In this document: in pieces, positions 19,989 to 32,189 of the stretch
How the letters are laid out: the number at the start of each line of letters is the position of its first letter
Numbering within the stretch: the stretch's first letter is position 1
Assembly (NCBI GenBank): GCA_045589295.1
Contig: JAZNOU010000013.1
Span: 35,232-99,231 of the forward strand
Length of the DNA: 64,000 nt
From: Clostridia bacterium
Lineage (GTDB): Bacteria; Bacillota; Clostridia; RGIG6154
Reading direction: 5' to 3'
The notes under the pieces: generated by a model
What the model was told of the DNA's origin: nothing
Database searches by the model: none
What the model saw: only the letters and a program-made list of their open reading frames with translations
Translations under genes and position numbers: made by a program

Positions 19989-20917
19989 TACCATCTGTCC
20001 TCTTCGGGGTTATCAGTTAAAACCTCTTTCATTGACGCAATAGCAACTTCCAATTGACTGTCATCCGGCTCGTTTGTTGTGATTTTCTGCAAGCAAAGTC
20101 CCGGATAGCTGATAATTTTTGTTAAAAAATTATCATACTTACCCGCAAGCTTTATTATCTCATATGAAACTCCTGCAACAACAGGTAAAAGTGCTATCCT
20201 TGTAAGGCTTCTTACCAAAACATTATCCCATCTTAAAAACGAGAAAAAGATTATGCTTACCACCATAACAATAAGCAAAAAGCTTGTTCCGCATCTTGGG
20301 TGAAGTCTTGACATTTTTTTAGCATTTTCAGGTGTGAGTTCCAATCCAGCCTCATAACACGCAATTGTTTTGTGTTCTGCTCCGTGGTACTGAAAAACTC
20401 TTTTAATGTCTTCCATTTTAGAAACTGCCCATAAATACACTAAAAATATAACTATTCGTGTTACACCTTCTAACAGACTTTTTAAAATTGGGCTTTGAAT
20501 AAAATCTTTTGTAAGTCCGATTATCCATGTGGGAAGCAGAATAAACAACCCTACCGACAAAATAAGTGACAACACCACAGAAAAATAAATAACTATATCT
20601 TTTACTTTATCACCTAATTTATCTTCCAACCACTTATCAAATTTAGACGGTTGCTCTTCTTCCAAATCAATAAACTCTGCTGAATACATCAAAGTTTTTG
20701 TGCCTAAAATCAACGACTGCACAAAATTGATACAACCTCTTACTATTGGAAGTTTTACAAACCAATTCTTCTTTTTATCAGGAATATCTTTTTTGTCAAT
20801 TATTATTTCTCCGTCAGGCTTTCTTACCGCGACAGCATAGGATTTTGGTCCGCGCATCATAACGCCTTCCATTACCGCCTGACCGCCTATTGACGTCTTG
20901 TGAACATTTTTACTCAT
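19988..20917 (-). CDS. DUF1385 (YqhQ-like) membrane protein
   Basis: IGGQAVMEGVMM, FQYHGAEHK and HPRCGTSF motifs. Confidence 0.93.
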   Translation of the reverse strand: MSKNVHKTSIGGQAVMEGVMMRGPKSYAVAVRKPDGEIIIDKKDIPDKKKNWFVKLPIVRGCINFVQSLILGTKTLMYSAEFIDLEEEQPSKFDKWLEDKLGDKVKDIVIYFSVVLSLILSVGLFILLPTWIIGLTKDFIQSPILKSLLEGVTRIVIFLVYLWAVSKMEDIKRVFQYHGAEHKTIACYEAGLELTPENAKKMSRLHPRCGTSFLLIVMVVSIIFFSFLRWDNVLVRSLTRIALLPVVAGVSYEIIKLAGKYDNFLTKIISYPGLCLQKITTNEPDDSQLEVAIASMKEVLTDNPEEDRW

Positions 20918-20918
20918 A

Positions 20919-21935
20919 TTAATCTCCTTTTTGTGTTAACCACTTTACTGCAACCCTGTCTGCTGCATACAATACTGATGCAAGCAGCACAGATGCCAGC
21001 AAGGTGAAATACACGTAAATATTTCCGTTTAGCTTTAAATATCCGTTTAAAAGTGTTATAACAATCCCGTGAACCATATAAAATTCAAAGGAAATCTTTC
21101 CTATGTATTTCAAAACAAAATTATGTATTTTAACTTTTTGAAGACACATCATCATAAATAGTTGAAACACAATCGCTGTAATATTTGAACCTGCAACATA
21201 AAAATATTCATTTTTAAAAGTTGCAATCAAAAGTGCAACTGTTATACCAAACATTGTAACTACTTTCAAAAAGCCTTGCCTTCTTACAACCAAGGTCAAT
21301 GTATCTTTAAAATGATACCAAATTACTCCACCAGAAAAACAAAATGCAGTTGTGTACCAATAATTATCAAATCCCGCCTTCTTTACAAGATATATATACA
21401 ATATACTGATTGGCAAAGTTAAAAACACCGCAATATTTCTTTTAAACACATTAAATGTCATATAAAATGTGACATAAAAATAAATTATCGAAACAATATA
21501 CCAACTAAAAGACACATACGGCTCGCCTGTTTTATATGAATTTATAAAACTCACAAAAGTAGTTTCAACACCAAGAGCCTGCCTTATTCCCAAATAAATA
21601 ACATTAGCAAATAAATATGGCACAAGTAATGAAATTAACCTGTTTTTCAAGAAGTTTCTTAAATAACGTTTTTTATTAACCGTACCGTACATAAGCCCAT
21701 ATCCAGACAGAAAAAAGAAAATGCTTGTAGATAAAAAACCTATATACATAAACCCCGCTGTCCACTCATCATGGTCGTATGCGGATATATGTTGCATTGT
21801 GACTAAAAGTGCACACATACCCCTTAAAGACGTTGTGTTTTCCAAAGACAAATAATCATCGTTATATGTCCCCTTAGGACTTATTTTAGCACAAAAAAAT
21901 ATTATTAGCAATATCGCAAATGGTACTGTTACCAA
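20919..21935 (-). CDS. Acyltransferase-3 family membrane O-acyltransferase
   Basis: LRG...H, FFFLSGYGL, WYI and GKISFEFYMVH motifs; about 10 TM helices. Confidence 0.88.
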   Translation of the reverse strand: MVTVPFAILLIIFFCAKISPKGTYNDDYLSLENTTSLRGMCALLVTMQHISAYDHDEWTAGFMYIGFLSTSIFFFLSGYGLMYGTVNKKRYLRNFLKNRLISLLVPYLFANVIYLGIRQALGVETTFVSFINSYKTGEPYVSFSWYIVSIIYFYVTFYMTFNVFKRNIAVFLTLPISILYIYLVKKAGFDNYWYTTAFCFSGGVIWYHFKDTLTLVVRRQGFLKVVTMFGITVALLIATFKNEYFYVAGSNITAIVFQLFMMMCLQKVKIHNFVLKYIGKISFEFYMVHGIVITLLNGYLKLNGNIYVYFTLLASVLLASVLYAADRVAVKWLTQKGD

Positions 21936-21999
21936 AATCCATACCTCAAATCGATTATAATGTTATTACGAATATTTAAATTCTTAAGTTAAGAACCAA

Positions 22000-22728
22000 T
22001 CACTGACAAATCTTTCTTCCAAGTCCCAACGCATTTAACAAAAGCTTAAATATAATTTCGTGGCCCTTATCGTTTGGGTGCAATCCATCATCAAGCAGAG
22101 AATCAACTGATATATTCTTTATTTCACAATATTCTAAAAACAAAGAATACATACTAATAAACGGGAATTCATAAACACTTGCCGCTTTCATATAAAGGTT
22201 ATTGATATCATCCATATGAATCACTCGCCAAAATGTTTCACTATCTTTTTCATTTTCAGCCGTAGCCGGAATGTTTGCAACAAAAATCACGCTCTTTTGT
22301 GCCTCAATAAACTTATTATGCAATTTAACAATATTGTTGTAAAAAGTTTCCATATGTTCACGTCTTGTATGCTTAGGTGCATCCGTTAAATATTGATGAC
22401 GGTTATTTGTTCCAATGGTACATATAACAATATCATCTTGTTTATCGACAAGTTTATCAAAATTATTGATAATAAATTCTATTTGCGTACCAGAGCAAGC
22501 GTTATTTGTAACAACACAGTCAAACTGCGATTCCATATATTCCTTAAACATTTTTGCCCAACAGTACCCATAATTATTTCGCGCAAAATTATCAATAATA
22601 ATTTCACCATTCTGTTCAAATCCGGTTCCACCCACGCCATGTGTAATAGAATCCCCTAAAAGCTTTATATGCACTGTACGTTCTGAAAGCACTACATTAT
22701 TAATAATTTTGGCAATAACTTTATCCAT
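22000..22728 (-). CDS. SGNH/GDSL hydrolase
   Basis: LLGDSIT, NACSG, IGTNN and DGLHP blocks all intact. Own promoter TTGACT-17-TATAAT; start set at the ATG after AAGGGAG. Confidence 0.9.
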   Translation of the reverse strand: MDKVIAKIINNVVLSERTVHIKLLGDSITHGVGGTGFEQNGEIIIDNFARNNYGYCWAKMFKEYMESQFDCVVTNNACSGTQIEFIINNFDKLVDKQDDIVICTIGTNNRHQYLTDAPKHTRREHMETFYNNIVKLHNKFIEAQKSVIFVANIPATAENEKDSETFWRVIHMDDINNLYMKAASVYEFPFISMYSLFLEYCEIKNISVDSLLDDGLHPNDKGHEIIFKLLLNALGLGRKICQ

Positions 22729-22889
22729 TGCAGCCATTCTCCCTTTCACAAAACTCAACATCATACAGTTTAAAATTGAAAATAACATAAATCTGCAAAT
22801 TTTCACACATAGTTATTATATCATCCAAGCCAACAATAGTCAATTGTATTATTAACGATTTACGCTCTGTTAAGCAAGAAAACGGACAT

Positions 22890-22930
22890 AAAAAAGAGCA
22901 AACTGAAATCAATTCAGCCAGCTCTTTTCT
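22890..22930 (-). terminator. Terminator downstream of guaA
   Basis: AAAAGAGC...GCTCTTTT long stem-loop with a U tract on the minus strand. Confidence 0.6.
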
Positions 22931-22941
22931 TAGTATTTAAT

Positions 22942-23017
22942 GTTGCCAAATCGTTGCCATTTTCATTTAAAAATACCCGAAAACGGCGTGGTTATGCGGT
23001 TTTCACTCCGCAATTTG
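22942..23017. mobile_element. Putative att-site scar with integrase arm-type repeats at the guaA 3' end
   Basis: Direct repeat GTTGCCA-N4-GTTGCCA (22942-22959) and AAAACCGCATAACCACGCCGTTTT immediately after the guaA stop. No integrase in the window. Confidence 0.5.
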
Positions 23018-23998
23018 TTATTCCCACTCGATTGTTCCGATTGGCTTTGGTGTTAAGTCTAACAGAACACGGTTAATGCCTTCAACCTCATTTGTGATGC
23101 GGTTTGTGATTTTGTGAAGAATTTCGTATGGAATTTCTTCAATTGTTGCGCTCATTGCATCTGTTGTATTAACCGCGCGAATAATTGCAGGCCATCCTTC
23201 GTAACGTTTATCATTTCTAACACCTACGCTTTTGAAATCAGGAACTGCAATAAAGTACTGCCATACTTTTTCAGCAAGACCGCAGTTGTCAAATTCTTCT
23301 CTTAAAATTGCATCTGCTTCACGAAGAGCGTTAAGTCTGTCTCTTGTGATTGCACCTAAGCATCTTACGCCAAGACCAGGACCCGGGAATGGCTGACGAT
23401 ATACCATAGCATGAGGAAGTCCTAAAGCTTCACCTACAACACGAACTTCGTCTTTATAAAGAAGTTTTACCGGTTCAACCAATTCAAACTGCATATCTTC
23501 AGGCAATCCACCTACATTATGATGAGCTTTTACGCCATCACTTTCAAGAATATCCGGATAAATTGTTCCCTGTGCAAGGAAAGAAATACCTTCAAGTTTT
23601 GATGCTTCTTCATCAAACACTTTAATAAATTCGCCGCCAATTATTTTACGTTTCTTTTCAGGTTCGCTTACCCCTGCAAGCAAATCAAGAAAACGATCGG
23701 TTGCATCAATATAAATCAAGTTTGCATCAAGTTCTTTACCGAAAATTTCAATAACTTGTTCACTTTCACCTTTTCTCATAAGTCCGTGGTTTACATGAAC
23801 ACATACAAGTTGTTTGCCGATTGCTTTAATCAAAAGTGCCGCAACAACAGAAGAATCCACACCACCCGAAAGAGCAAGAAGTACTTTTTTATCTCCTACC
23901 TGTGCCTGAATTTCTTTAACCTGCTCATCTATAAACGCATTTGCCTGCTCAAAAGTTGTTATACGTTCCATAGAATCTGGGCGTACATTATTTTCCAT
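23018..23998 (-). CDS. guaA: GMP synthase with ATP-pyrophosphatase and C-terminal domains only (no glutamine amidotransferase domain)
   Basis: ALSGGVDSSV, QGTIYPD, HHNVGG, RQPFPGPGL and KPIGTIEWE motifs; 326 aa with its own RBS and promoter. Confidence 0.93.
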   Translation of the reverse strand: MENNVRPDSMERITTFEQANAFIDEQVKEIQAQVGDKKVLLALSGGVDSSVVAALLIKAIGKQLVCVHVNHGLMRKGESEQVIEIFGKELDANLIYIDATDRFLDLLAGVSEPEKKRKIIGGEFIKVFDEEASKLEGISFLAQGTIYPDILESDGVKAHHNVGGLPEDMQFELVEPVKLLYKDEVRVVGEALGLPHAMVYRQPFPGPGLGVRCLGAITRDRLNALREADAILREEFDNCGLAEKVWQYFIAVPDFKSVGVRNDKRYEGWPAIIRAVNTTDAMSATIEEIPYEILHKITNRITNEVEGINRVLLDLTPKPIGTIEWE

Positions 23999-24083
23999 AA
24001 AGATTCCTCCTAAGTAATATTTCTAATGTTAATATGATACCATATTTTTCAAAAATTATCAATAGCCAAGAGTTTATTTTTTC

Positions 24084-24116
24084 AAAAAAATGAGCGGCAA
24101 GCTATTTGCTTGCCGC
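24084..24116 (-). terminator. Terminator of the amino-acid ABC operon
   Basis: GCGGCAAGC/GCTTGCCGC stem plus U tract. Confidence 0.8.
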
Positions 24117-24124
24117 CTTATCAA

Positions 24125-24859
24125 TTACTGATTCTGATATTTGTTGATTATTTCATCAAGTTTTCCTGTTTCTTTGAGTGCTATAATTACTTCATTGATC
24201 TTTTCCAAAAGTTCTGCATTGCCTTTTTTAACAGCAATAGCATATTCTTCAGCTTCAAATGAAGGATCTTCAATTACTTTAAGTCCTTCGTTTTTATTAA
24301 CAAACATTTTTGCAGGCTGAAGGTCGATAACAACAGCATCAAGCTTACCGTTTTTGAGTTCCATAACAGCATCTACACCACGTTTGAATGTAAGCATATC
24401 TTTAATCTGATATGTTTCTGTGCAGATAACTTCACCTGTGTAACCTGTGATAGCACCTACTCTTTTATCAAGAATATCGTCGATACCTTTAATATCACTG
24501 TCTTCTGCTACGATAATACCTTGTGTTGCTGTGTAGTATGTTTCAGAAAAATCAACTGATTTTCTTCTTTCGTCGTTAGCTGTCATACCAGCTGCAACAA
24601 AATCAACTTTATCTGTGCTGAGCGCTCCCAAAAGTGATTCAAATTCCATATCGTTGATGTTAAGTTCTTTGCCGAGCTTTTCAGCAATAGCTGCACCGAT
24701 TTCTGCATCGATACCAACGATTTTGTCACCTTCGATAAATTCAAAAGGCTCAAAAGCTGCGTTTGTTCCCATTGTAACAACGTTAGCTTTTTCTCCGCCG
24801 CATGATACCAATGCAACTGCTAAAACAGCTACCATAAGTAATGCAATAATTTTTTTCAT
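24125..24859 (-). CDS. Polar amino-acid ABC transporter substrate-binding lipoprotein
   Basis: Lipobox LVSC; GTNAAFEPFEF, VDFSETY and EEYAIAVKKG motifs. Confidence 0.92.
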   Translation of the reverse strand: MKKIIALLMVAVLAVALVSCGGEKANVVTMGTNAAFEPFEFIEGDKIVGIDAEIGAAIAEKLGKELNINDMEFESLLGALSTDKVDFVAAGMTANDERRKSVDFSETYYTATQGIIVAEDSDIKGIDDILDKRVGAITGYTGEVICTETYQIKDMLTFKRGVDAVMELKNGKLDAVVIDLQPAKMFVNKNEGLKVIEDPSFEAEEYAIAVKKGNAELLEKINEVIIALKETGKLDEIINKYQNQ

Positions 24860-24910
24860 AATAAATCTCTCCTTTAATATTTAAAACTCTTTTTTGAGTT
24901 TTTTACAAAT

Positions 24911-25633
24911 TTACAAAACTGAATTTAAAAATGCTTTTGTTCTTTCGTTCTTTGGATTGCTGAAAAGTTCTTGCGGTGGAGCCTGTTCAACAATTACTCC
25001 CTCGTCCATAAACAAAACCCTTGAACCTACTTCTTTTGCAAAACCCATTTCGTGAGTAACAATAACCATTGTCATTCCTTGTTTAGCGAGGTCTTTCATA
25101 ACATCTAAAACCTCACCTACCATTTCCGGATCAAGTGCTGACGTAGGTTCATCAAAAAGCATAATTTCCGGTTCCATAGCAAGTGCTCTTGCTATTGCAA
25201 TTCTCTGCTGCTGACCGCCTGAAAGCTGTGCAGGATAGCTTGATGCTTTATCTTCAAGTCCAACTTTCTTCAACAAGCTCATTGCTAAAGCCTCTGCATC
25301 CTGCTTGCACATTTTTTTAATTTTCATTGGTGCCAATGTTATATTTTCTATTATACTAAGGTGTGGAAAAAGGTTAAACTGCTGAAAAACCATTCCCATT
25401 TTCTGTCTTACCTTATTTATATCAACATTTTTACTGTTGATTACTTCACCATTTAATTCAATTGTTCCGTCTGTAGGCTCTTCGAGAAGATTAAGGCATC
25501 TTAAAAATGTGCTCTTACCTGACCCAGAAGGCCCAATAATTACAACTTTTTCACCTTTTTTTATTTCTTCGCTTACTCCTCTTAAAACCTTGAGTTTGCC
25601 GAAATCTTTATGTAAATCATTAATTTTAATCAT
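24911..25633 (-). CDS. Polar amino-acid ABC transporter ATPase (GlnQ/ArtR-like)
   Basis: [17 protein letters not shown] and [10 protein letters not shown] motifs. Confidence 0.95.
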   Translation of the reverse strand: MIKINDLHKDFGKLKVLRGVSEEIKKGEKVVIIGPSGSGKSTFLRCLNLLEEPTDGTIELNGEVINSKNVDINKVRQKMGMVFQQFNLFPHLSIIENITLAPMKIKKMCKQDAEALAMSLLKKVGLEDKASSYPAQLSGGQQQRIAIARALAMEPEIMLFDEPTSALDPEMVGEVLDVMKDLAKQGMTMVIVTHEMGFAKEVGSRVLFMDEGVIVEQAPPQELFSNPKNERTKAFLNSVL

Positions 25634-25645
25634 ATTTAATCCTCT

Positions 25646-26347
25646 TTATCTTGCATCAGCTTTACCAAGTTTTTTCTCAAACGCTGTAAGTGCAGCTGAA
25701 AGCAATTTTACAACTACAAAATAAATAACTGCAATTGACAAAAGCGGCCAGAATGAATTATATGTTCTACTTGTAATAATCTGAGATGCCTTAGTAAGTT
25801 CATAAGCCCCGATATACCCTGCAACAGATGTTTCTTTTACCAGTACAATGAATTCATTTCCAAGTGCGGGTAAAATATTTTTTATTGCCTGAGGTAAAAT
25901 GATATATCTCATTGTAAGACCTTCACTAAGCCCCAAAGATCTTCCTGCTTCGGTCTGTCCTTTATTTATTGACTGAATTCCTGCTCTTATAATTTCTGCA
26001 ATATATGCCGCACTGTTTAAACCAAAAGCAATTGATGCAACGATTGTTTTATCAATATCAACTGATGCAAACACTACAAAATTTATAATAAGAAGCTGAA
26101 CAAAAGATGGTGTGCCTCTTATTACATCAATAAACGCATTAGAAAGCCATCTGAAAAATGCAATGATTATATTCTTTGATTTTGAAATTTTCGCAAGTGC
26201 AAGAACAATACCCAGCACAACACCGATAATAACTGCAAATAGTGAAATTTCAAGCGTTATTCCAAGACCTTTTAATAAAAGTAACCATCTGTTACTTGCA
26301 ACAACATTAGTATAAAATCCGTCGTATAAATTCTGCCAAAAGCTCAT
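25646..26347 (-). CDS. Polar amino-acid ABC transporter permease
   Basis: IRGTP, AEIIRAGI..I.KGQ.EA.RSLG and LVKETS motifs. Confidence 0.95.
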   Translation of the reverse strand: MSFWQNLYDGFYTNVVASNRWLLLLKGLGITLEISLFAVIIGVVLGIVLALAKISKSKNIIIAFFRWLSNAFIDVIRGTPSFVQLLIINFVVFASVDIDKTIVASIAFGLNSAAYIAEIIRAGIQSINKGQTEAGRSLGLSEGLTMRYIILPQAIKNILPALGNEFIVLVKETSVAGYIGAYELTKASQIITSRTYNSFWPLLSIAVIYFVVVKLLSAALTAFEKKLGKADAR

Positions 26348-26435
26348 ACATACACCTCTCTTTGGATTTTTATAACAAAATCCATCTAGGTAATTTTAGC
26401 ATATATTGAAAATAATGTCAACAGCCCATTACTTT

Positions 26436-26453
26436 TTTGCATAAAAATACATT
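26436..26453. promoter_or_regulatory. ARG-box-like palindrome upstream of the ABC operon promoter
   Basis: TTTGCATAAAAATACATT matches wwTGCAT-N4-ATRCAww and lies just upstream of a minus-strand TTGACA-17-TAAAAT. Confidence 0.5.
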
Positions 26454-26552
26454 CTTTACATAATTTATTCCTCTGTTAAGCCTTGCAAAAAATACATATA
26501 TTTGATATAATAAGATAGATATTTACAAATTTATTTGAAACAGAGGTTTTTT

Positions 26553-27896
26553 ATGAAAAAACTTGCAATAATACTTGCTTTTATGATAGCAATATCTTTT
26601 GGCAATACAATTTATGCTAAAGAGTTGCCCGAAACAGTAAAAATTGGTCTTTTTTACAGCAGTACCGCAAAGGAAACTGTTGATATTGTCTGTGATGGTG
26701 AACTTAAGCTTTACGATTCAGCTATCGGCACAATGGTTGTTTTATCAGAAGACGGATTGATGGTTTCAGACCCCGTTATTGCCACTGCAAAAACTTTTTC
26801 TTTTTCTGTCGTTGACAGAAAAATATCCGCAACTGACAGCGTTAATACCTACATACTTGAAGGTGATGCTTATATATATGCTTCTGAAAGTTTTGTTCAG
26901 GTAGGTTCAAAAAAATACAGAGGTCATATTCAACTTAAAGTCGATAAAAACGGAAAACTTACAGTTATCAACGAAGTAAATCTTGAAGAGTACTTATACG
27001 GCGTTTTACCTTATGAAATGTCAACAGGTTTTCCTTATGAAGCTTTAAAAGCCCAGGCAGTTTGCGCAAGAACTTATGCAGTAAACAATATCGGACGCTT
27101 CAAAGAACACGGCTTTGACCTTACGGATAACACCCTTTCTCAGGTATACAATGGCATAAAAGGTGAAGCAAATGACTGTACAAATGCAGTCAATGAAACC
27201 AAAGGTCTGGTTGTAATGTATGGCGGAAAAATTGCAGAAACTTTTTATTATGCTTCTTCAAGCGGAGAAACTCTGGACGTTAAAGATGTGTGGGGTTCTA
27301 CAACTTATCCGTACCTCATTTCTGTTCCTGACACATATCAAAGTGTAATTTATCCTAACGGCTACACCTGGGAAGTTGCTTATACTCAGTCAGAATTAAC
27401 CAAGCTAATGAACGACAAGGGATTTACTCTTGGTACTATAAAAGATATTACCATTGATAAAACTACACCACAAGGAGCGGTAACTTCGCTTACATTTGTA
27501 GGTGAACGTGGTTCAAAAACTTACACTTTAGGCAACACCCGAACTGTGCTTAACCTTAAAAGTCAGGTCTTTAAAATTTCAAAAGAATACTCACGAAACG
27601 AATATAAAACTTATTTCATTACTTCGGAGGGCGTAGCACATTCAAGCAACCAGGGATATGTTCTATCTTCAAAGGGAATTGAAAAATCGGACAATCAATA
27701 TGCAATATCATCTTCGGGAATTTCAAAAGTAACTCCGTCTTTTTCTCAACAGGCAGTTGACAAATATGTCATTTATGGTTCAGGATATGGCCACGGAATA
27801 GGTATGAGTCAAAACGGTGCAAAAGGTATGGCAAAATCAGGCTTTACTTTTGACCAGATTTTAACTCACTACTTCCCGGGCTGCACGGTAGAATAA
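26553..27896 (+). CDS. SpoIID/LytB domain protein
   Basis: Signal peptide; LEEYLYGVLPYEM, EALKAQAV.ARTY and GYGHGIGMSQ.GA motifs; precedes queA. Confidence 0.93.
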   Translation: MKKLAIILAFMIAISFGNTIYAKELPETVKIGLFYSSTAKETVDIVCDGELKLYDSAIGTMVVLSEDGLMVSDPVIATAKTFSFSVVDRKISATDSVNTYILEGDAYIYASESFVQVGSKKYRGHIQLKVDKNGKLTVINEVNLEEYLYGVLPYEMSTGFPYEALKAQAVCARTYAVNNIGRFKEHGFDLTDNTLSQVYNGIKGEANDCTNAVNETKGLVVMYGGKIAETFYYASSSGETLDVKDVWGSTTYPYLISVPDTYQSVIYPNGYTWEVAYTQSELTKLMNDKGFTLGTIKDITIDKTTPQGAVTSLTFVGERGSKTYTLGNTRTVLNLKSQVFKISKEYSRNEYKTYFITSEGVAHSSNQGYVLSSKGIEKSDNQYAISSSGISKVTPSFSQQAVDKYVIYGSGYGHGIGMSQNGAKGMAKSGFTFDQILTHYFPGCTVE

Positions 27897-27917
27897 TTTT
27901 GAGCAGGAGATTTATAT

Positions 27918-30094
<2,177 letters not shown>

Positions 30095-30178
30095 TTTGTA
30101 TTGACATATTGTAAAAAAAATGGTATCATAATTTATTAATTAAACTAATATATTTTAACCTAAGAAAGGAATGTTTTT

Positions 30179-31255
30179 ATGCATTTTAACATTGGTATTA
30201 TTGGCGCAACAGGTATGGTTGGCCAGAGATTTATTACATTACTCGAAAACCACCCTTGGTTTGAAATAAAGGTTTTAGCTGCTTCTGCAAGAAGTGCAGG
30301 CAAAACCTATGAAGAAGCCTTAGGCGGAAGATGGGCAATGAAAACACCGCTTTCTGACAAAATTAAAAAAATGAACGTTTATGACGCTGTGGCAGATATG
30401 AATAAAATTACATCAGAAGTTGACTTTGTTTTCTGTGCCGTTGATATGAAAAAAGATGAAATAAAAGCATTAGAAGAAGCTTATGCTAAAAAAGAATGTC
30501 CTGTTATTTCAAACAACTCTGCACACAGAGGAACAAAGGATGTTCCTATGATTGTTCCTGAAATCAACCCAGAGCATGCAGAAATTATCCACGCTCAAAG
30601 AAAAAGACTTGGAACAAAAAGAGGTTTTGTTGCGGTTAAATCAAACTGCTCACTCCAGAGCTATGTTCCTGCAATTCACCCTTTAATGAAATTTGGTCCT
30701 AAAAATGTTCTTACATGTACATATCAGGCAATTTCAGGTGCAGGTAAAACTTTTGAAAGATGGCCTGAAATGATTGACAACGTTATCCCATTTATCGGAG
30801 GCGAAGAAGAAAAAAGCGAACAGGAACCCCTTAAAATCTGGGGTAAAATTGATGGTGATGAAATTAAAAATGCTTGCACACCTTCAATCACTGCTCAGTG
30901 CATAAGAGTACCTGTTTCTGATGGTCACTTAGCTGCAGTTTTTGCTTCATTTGACAAAAAGCCTACAAAAGAAGAAATTTTACAGGCATGGAAAGAATTT
31001 AAAGGTGTTCCACAGGAACTCGAACTTCCTTCAGCTCCTAAGCAGTTCTTAAACTACTTTGAGGATGACAACAGGCCGCAAACAAAACTTGACAGAGAGT
31101 TAGAAGGCGGTATGGCTGTTTCAATTGGAAGATTAAGAGAAGATACACAATACGACTATAAATTTGTTTGCCTTTCACACAACACTTTAAGAGGTGCTGC
31201 TGGTGGCGCTGTTTTAATGGCAGAGCTTTTGGCAGCAAAAGGTTATCTTGACTAA
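30179..31255 (+). CDS. asd: Aspartate-semialdehyde dehydrogenase
   Basis: [18 protein letters not shown] and HNTLRGAAG motifs. Promoter TTGACA-17-TATCAT at about 30101. Confidence 0.96.
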   Translation: MHFNIGIIGATGMVGQRFITLLENHPWFEIKVLAASARSAGKTYEEALGGRWAMKTPLSDKIKKMNVYDAVADMNKITSEVDFVFCAVDMKKDEIKALEEAYAKKECPVISNNSAHRGTKDVPMIVPEINPEHAEIIHAQRKRLGTKRGFVAVKSNCSLQSYVPAIHPLMKFGPKNVLTCTYQAISGAGKTFERWPEMIDNVIPFIGGEEEKSEQEPLKIWGKIDGDEIKNACTPSITAQCIRVPVSDGHLAAVFASFDKKPTKEEILQAWKEFKGVPQELELPSAPKQFLNYFEDDNRPQTKLDRELEGGMAVSIGRLREDTQYDYKFVCLSHNTLRGAAGGAVLMAELLAAKGYLD

Positions 31256-31275
31256 TTAAAGGAATGGTGTTTAAC

Positions 31276-32163
31276 ATGAAAAAAAGAATTTTTGAAGGTT
31301 CAGGTGTTGCTATTGTAACTCCGTTTAACGAAAACGGCGTTAACTTTTCAGAACTTGACCGCTTAATCGAATTCAATATTGAAAATTCAACAGACGCTAT
31401 CATCATCTGCGGTACAACAGGTGAATCAGCTACTATGCCTGACAAAGAACACGTTAGTGTTATTGAACATACTGTAAAAAGGGTAAATGGTAGAATCCCT
31501 GTTATCGGCGGTACTGGAAGTAACGACACTCTTCACGGTGTTGAGCTTTCCAAAATGGCAGCTGCTACAGGTGTTGATGGACTTTTGTGTGTTACTCCAT
31601 ACTATAACAAAGCCACACAAAATGGTCTTTTAAAACACTATGAAATGATTGCAAACGCAGTTGATCTTCCAATTATCCCCTACTCTGTTCCGTCAAGAAC
31701 AGGTGTAAACATTTTACCTAAAACCGCTTATGAGCTTTCTAAAATTGATAACATTGTTGGTATTAAAGAAGCAAGTGGCGATATTGTTCAGGCTATGGAA
31801 ATCAGAAATCTTTGCGGTGAAGATTTTGCAATTTATTCGGGTAACGATGACATCAACGTTCCGTTAATGTCAATCGGCGCTGTTGGTGCTATCTCAGTTT
31901 TAGCAAATGTTGTACCAAAAGAATGCCATGATATGTGCAAACTTTGCTTAGATGGTAAATTTGATGAAGCTGCAAAAATTCAGCTTAAATATTTAGACCT
32001 TATCAAAGCACTTTTCTGTGAAGTTAATCCTATCCCGGTAAAAGCTGCATTAAAACTTATGGGATTTGACACAGGTCTTTTAAGAATGCCTCTTACACCT
32101 ATGGAAGACAAAAACCTTGAGGTTTTAAAAGCTGAAATGAAAAAGTGCGGAATTATCGCATAA
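31276..32163 (+). CDS. dapA: 4-hydroxy-tetrahydrodipicolinate synthase
   Basis: GTTGES, TPYYNK, Y.VPSRT, GIKEASG and NPIPVK motifs. Confidence 0.97.
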   Translation: MKKRIFEGSGVAIVTPFNENGVNFSELDRLIEFNIENSTDAIIICGTTGESATMPDKEHVSVIEHTVKRVNGRIPVIGGTGSNDTLHGVELSKMAAATGVDGLLCVTPYYNKATQNGLLKHYEMIANAVDLPIIPYSVPSRTGVNILPKTAYELSKIDNIVGIKEASGDIVQAMEIRNLCGEDFAIYSGNDDINVPLMSIGAVGAISVLANVVPKECHDMCKLCLDGKFDEAAKIQLKYLDLIKALFCEVNPIPVKAALKLMGFDTGLLRMPLTPMEDKNLEVLKAEMKKCGIIA

Positions 32164-32189
32164 ATTTAACTCACAAAGGATGATTTTAA

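Noticed and set aside
23999-24083. Purine riboswitch before guaA
   Set aside because: The leader is about 35 nt and has no aptamer consensus
30095-30178. Lysine riboswitch expected before asd-dapA-dapB
   Set aside because: The promoter is only about 50 nt from the ATG, leaving no room, and no L-box motifs are present
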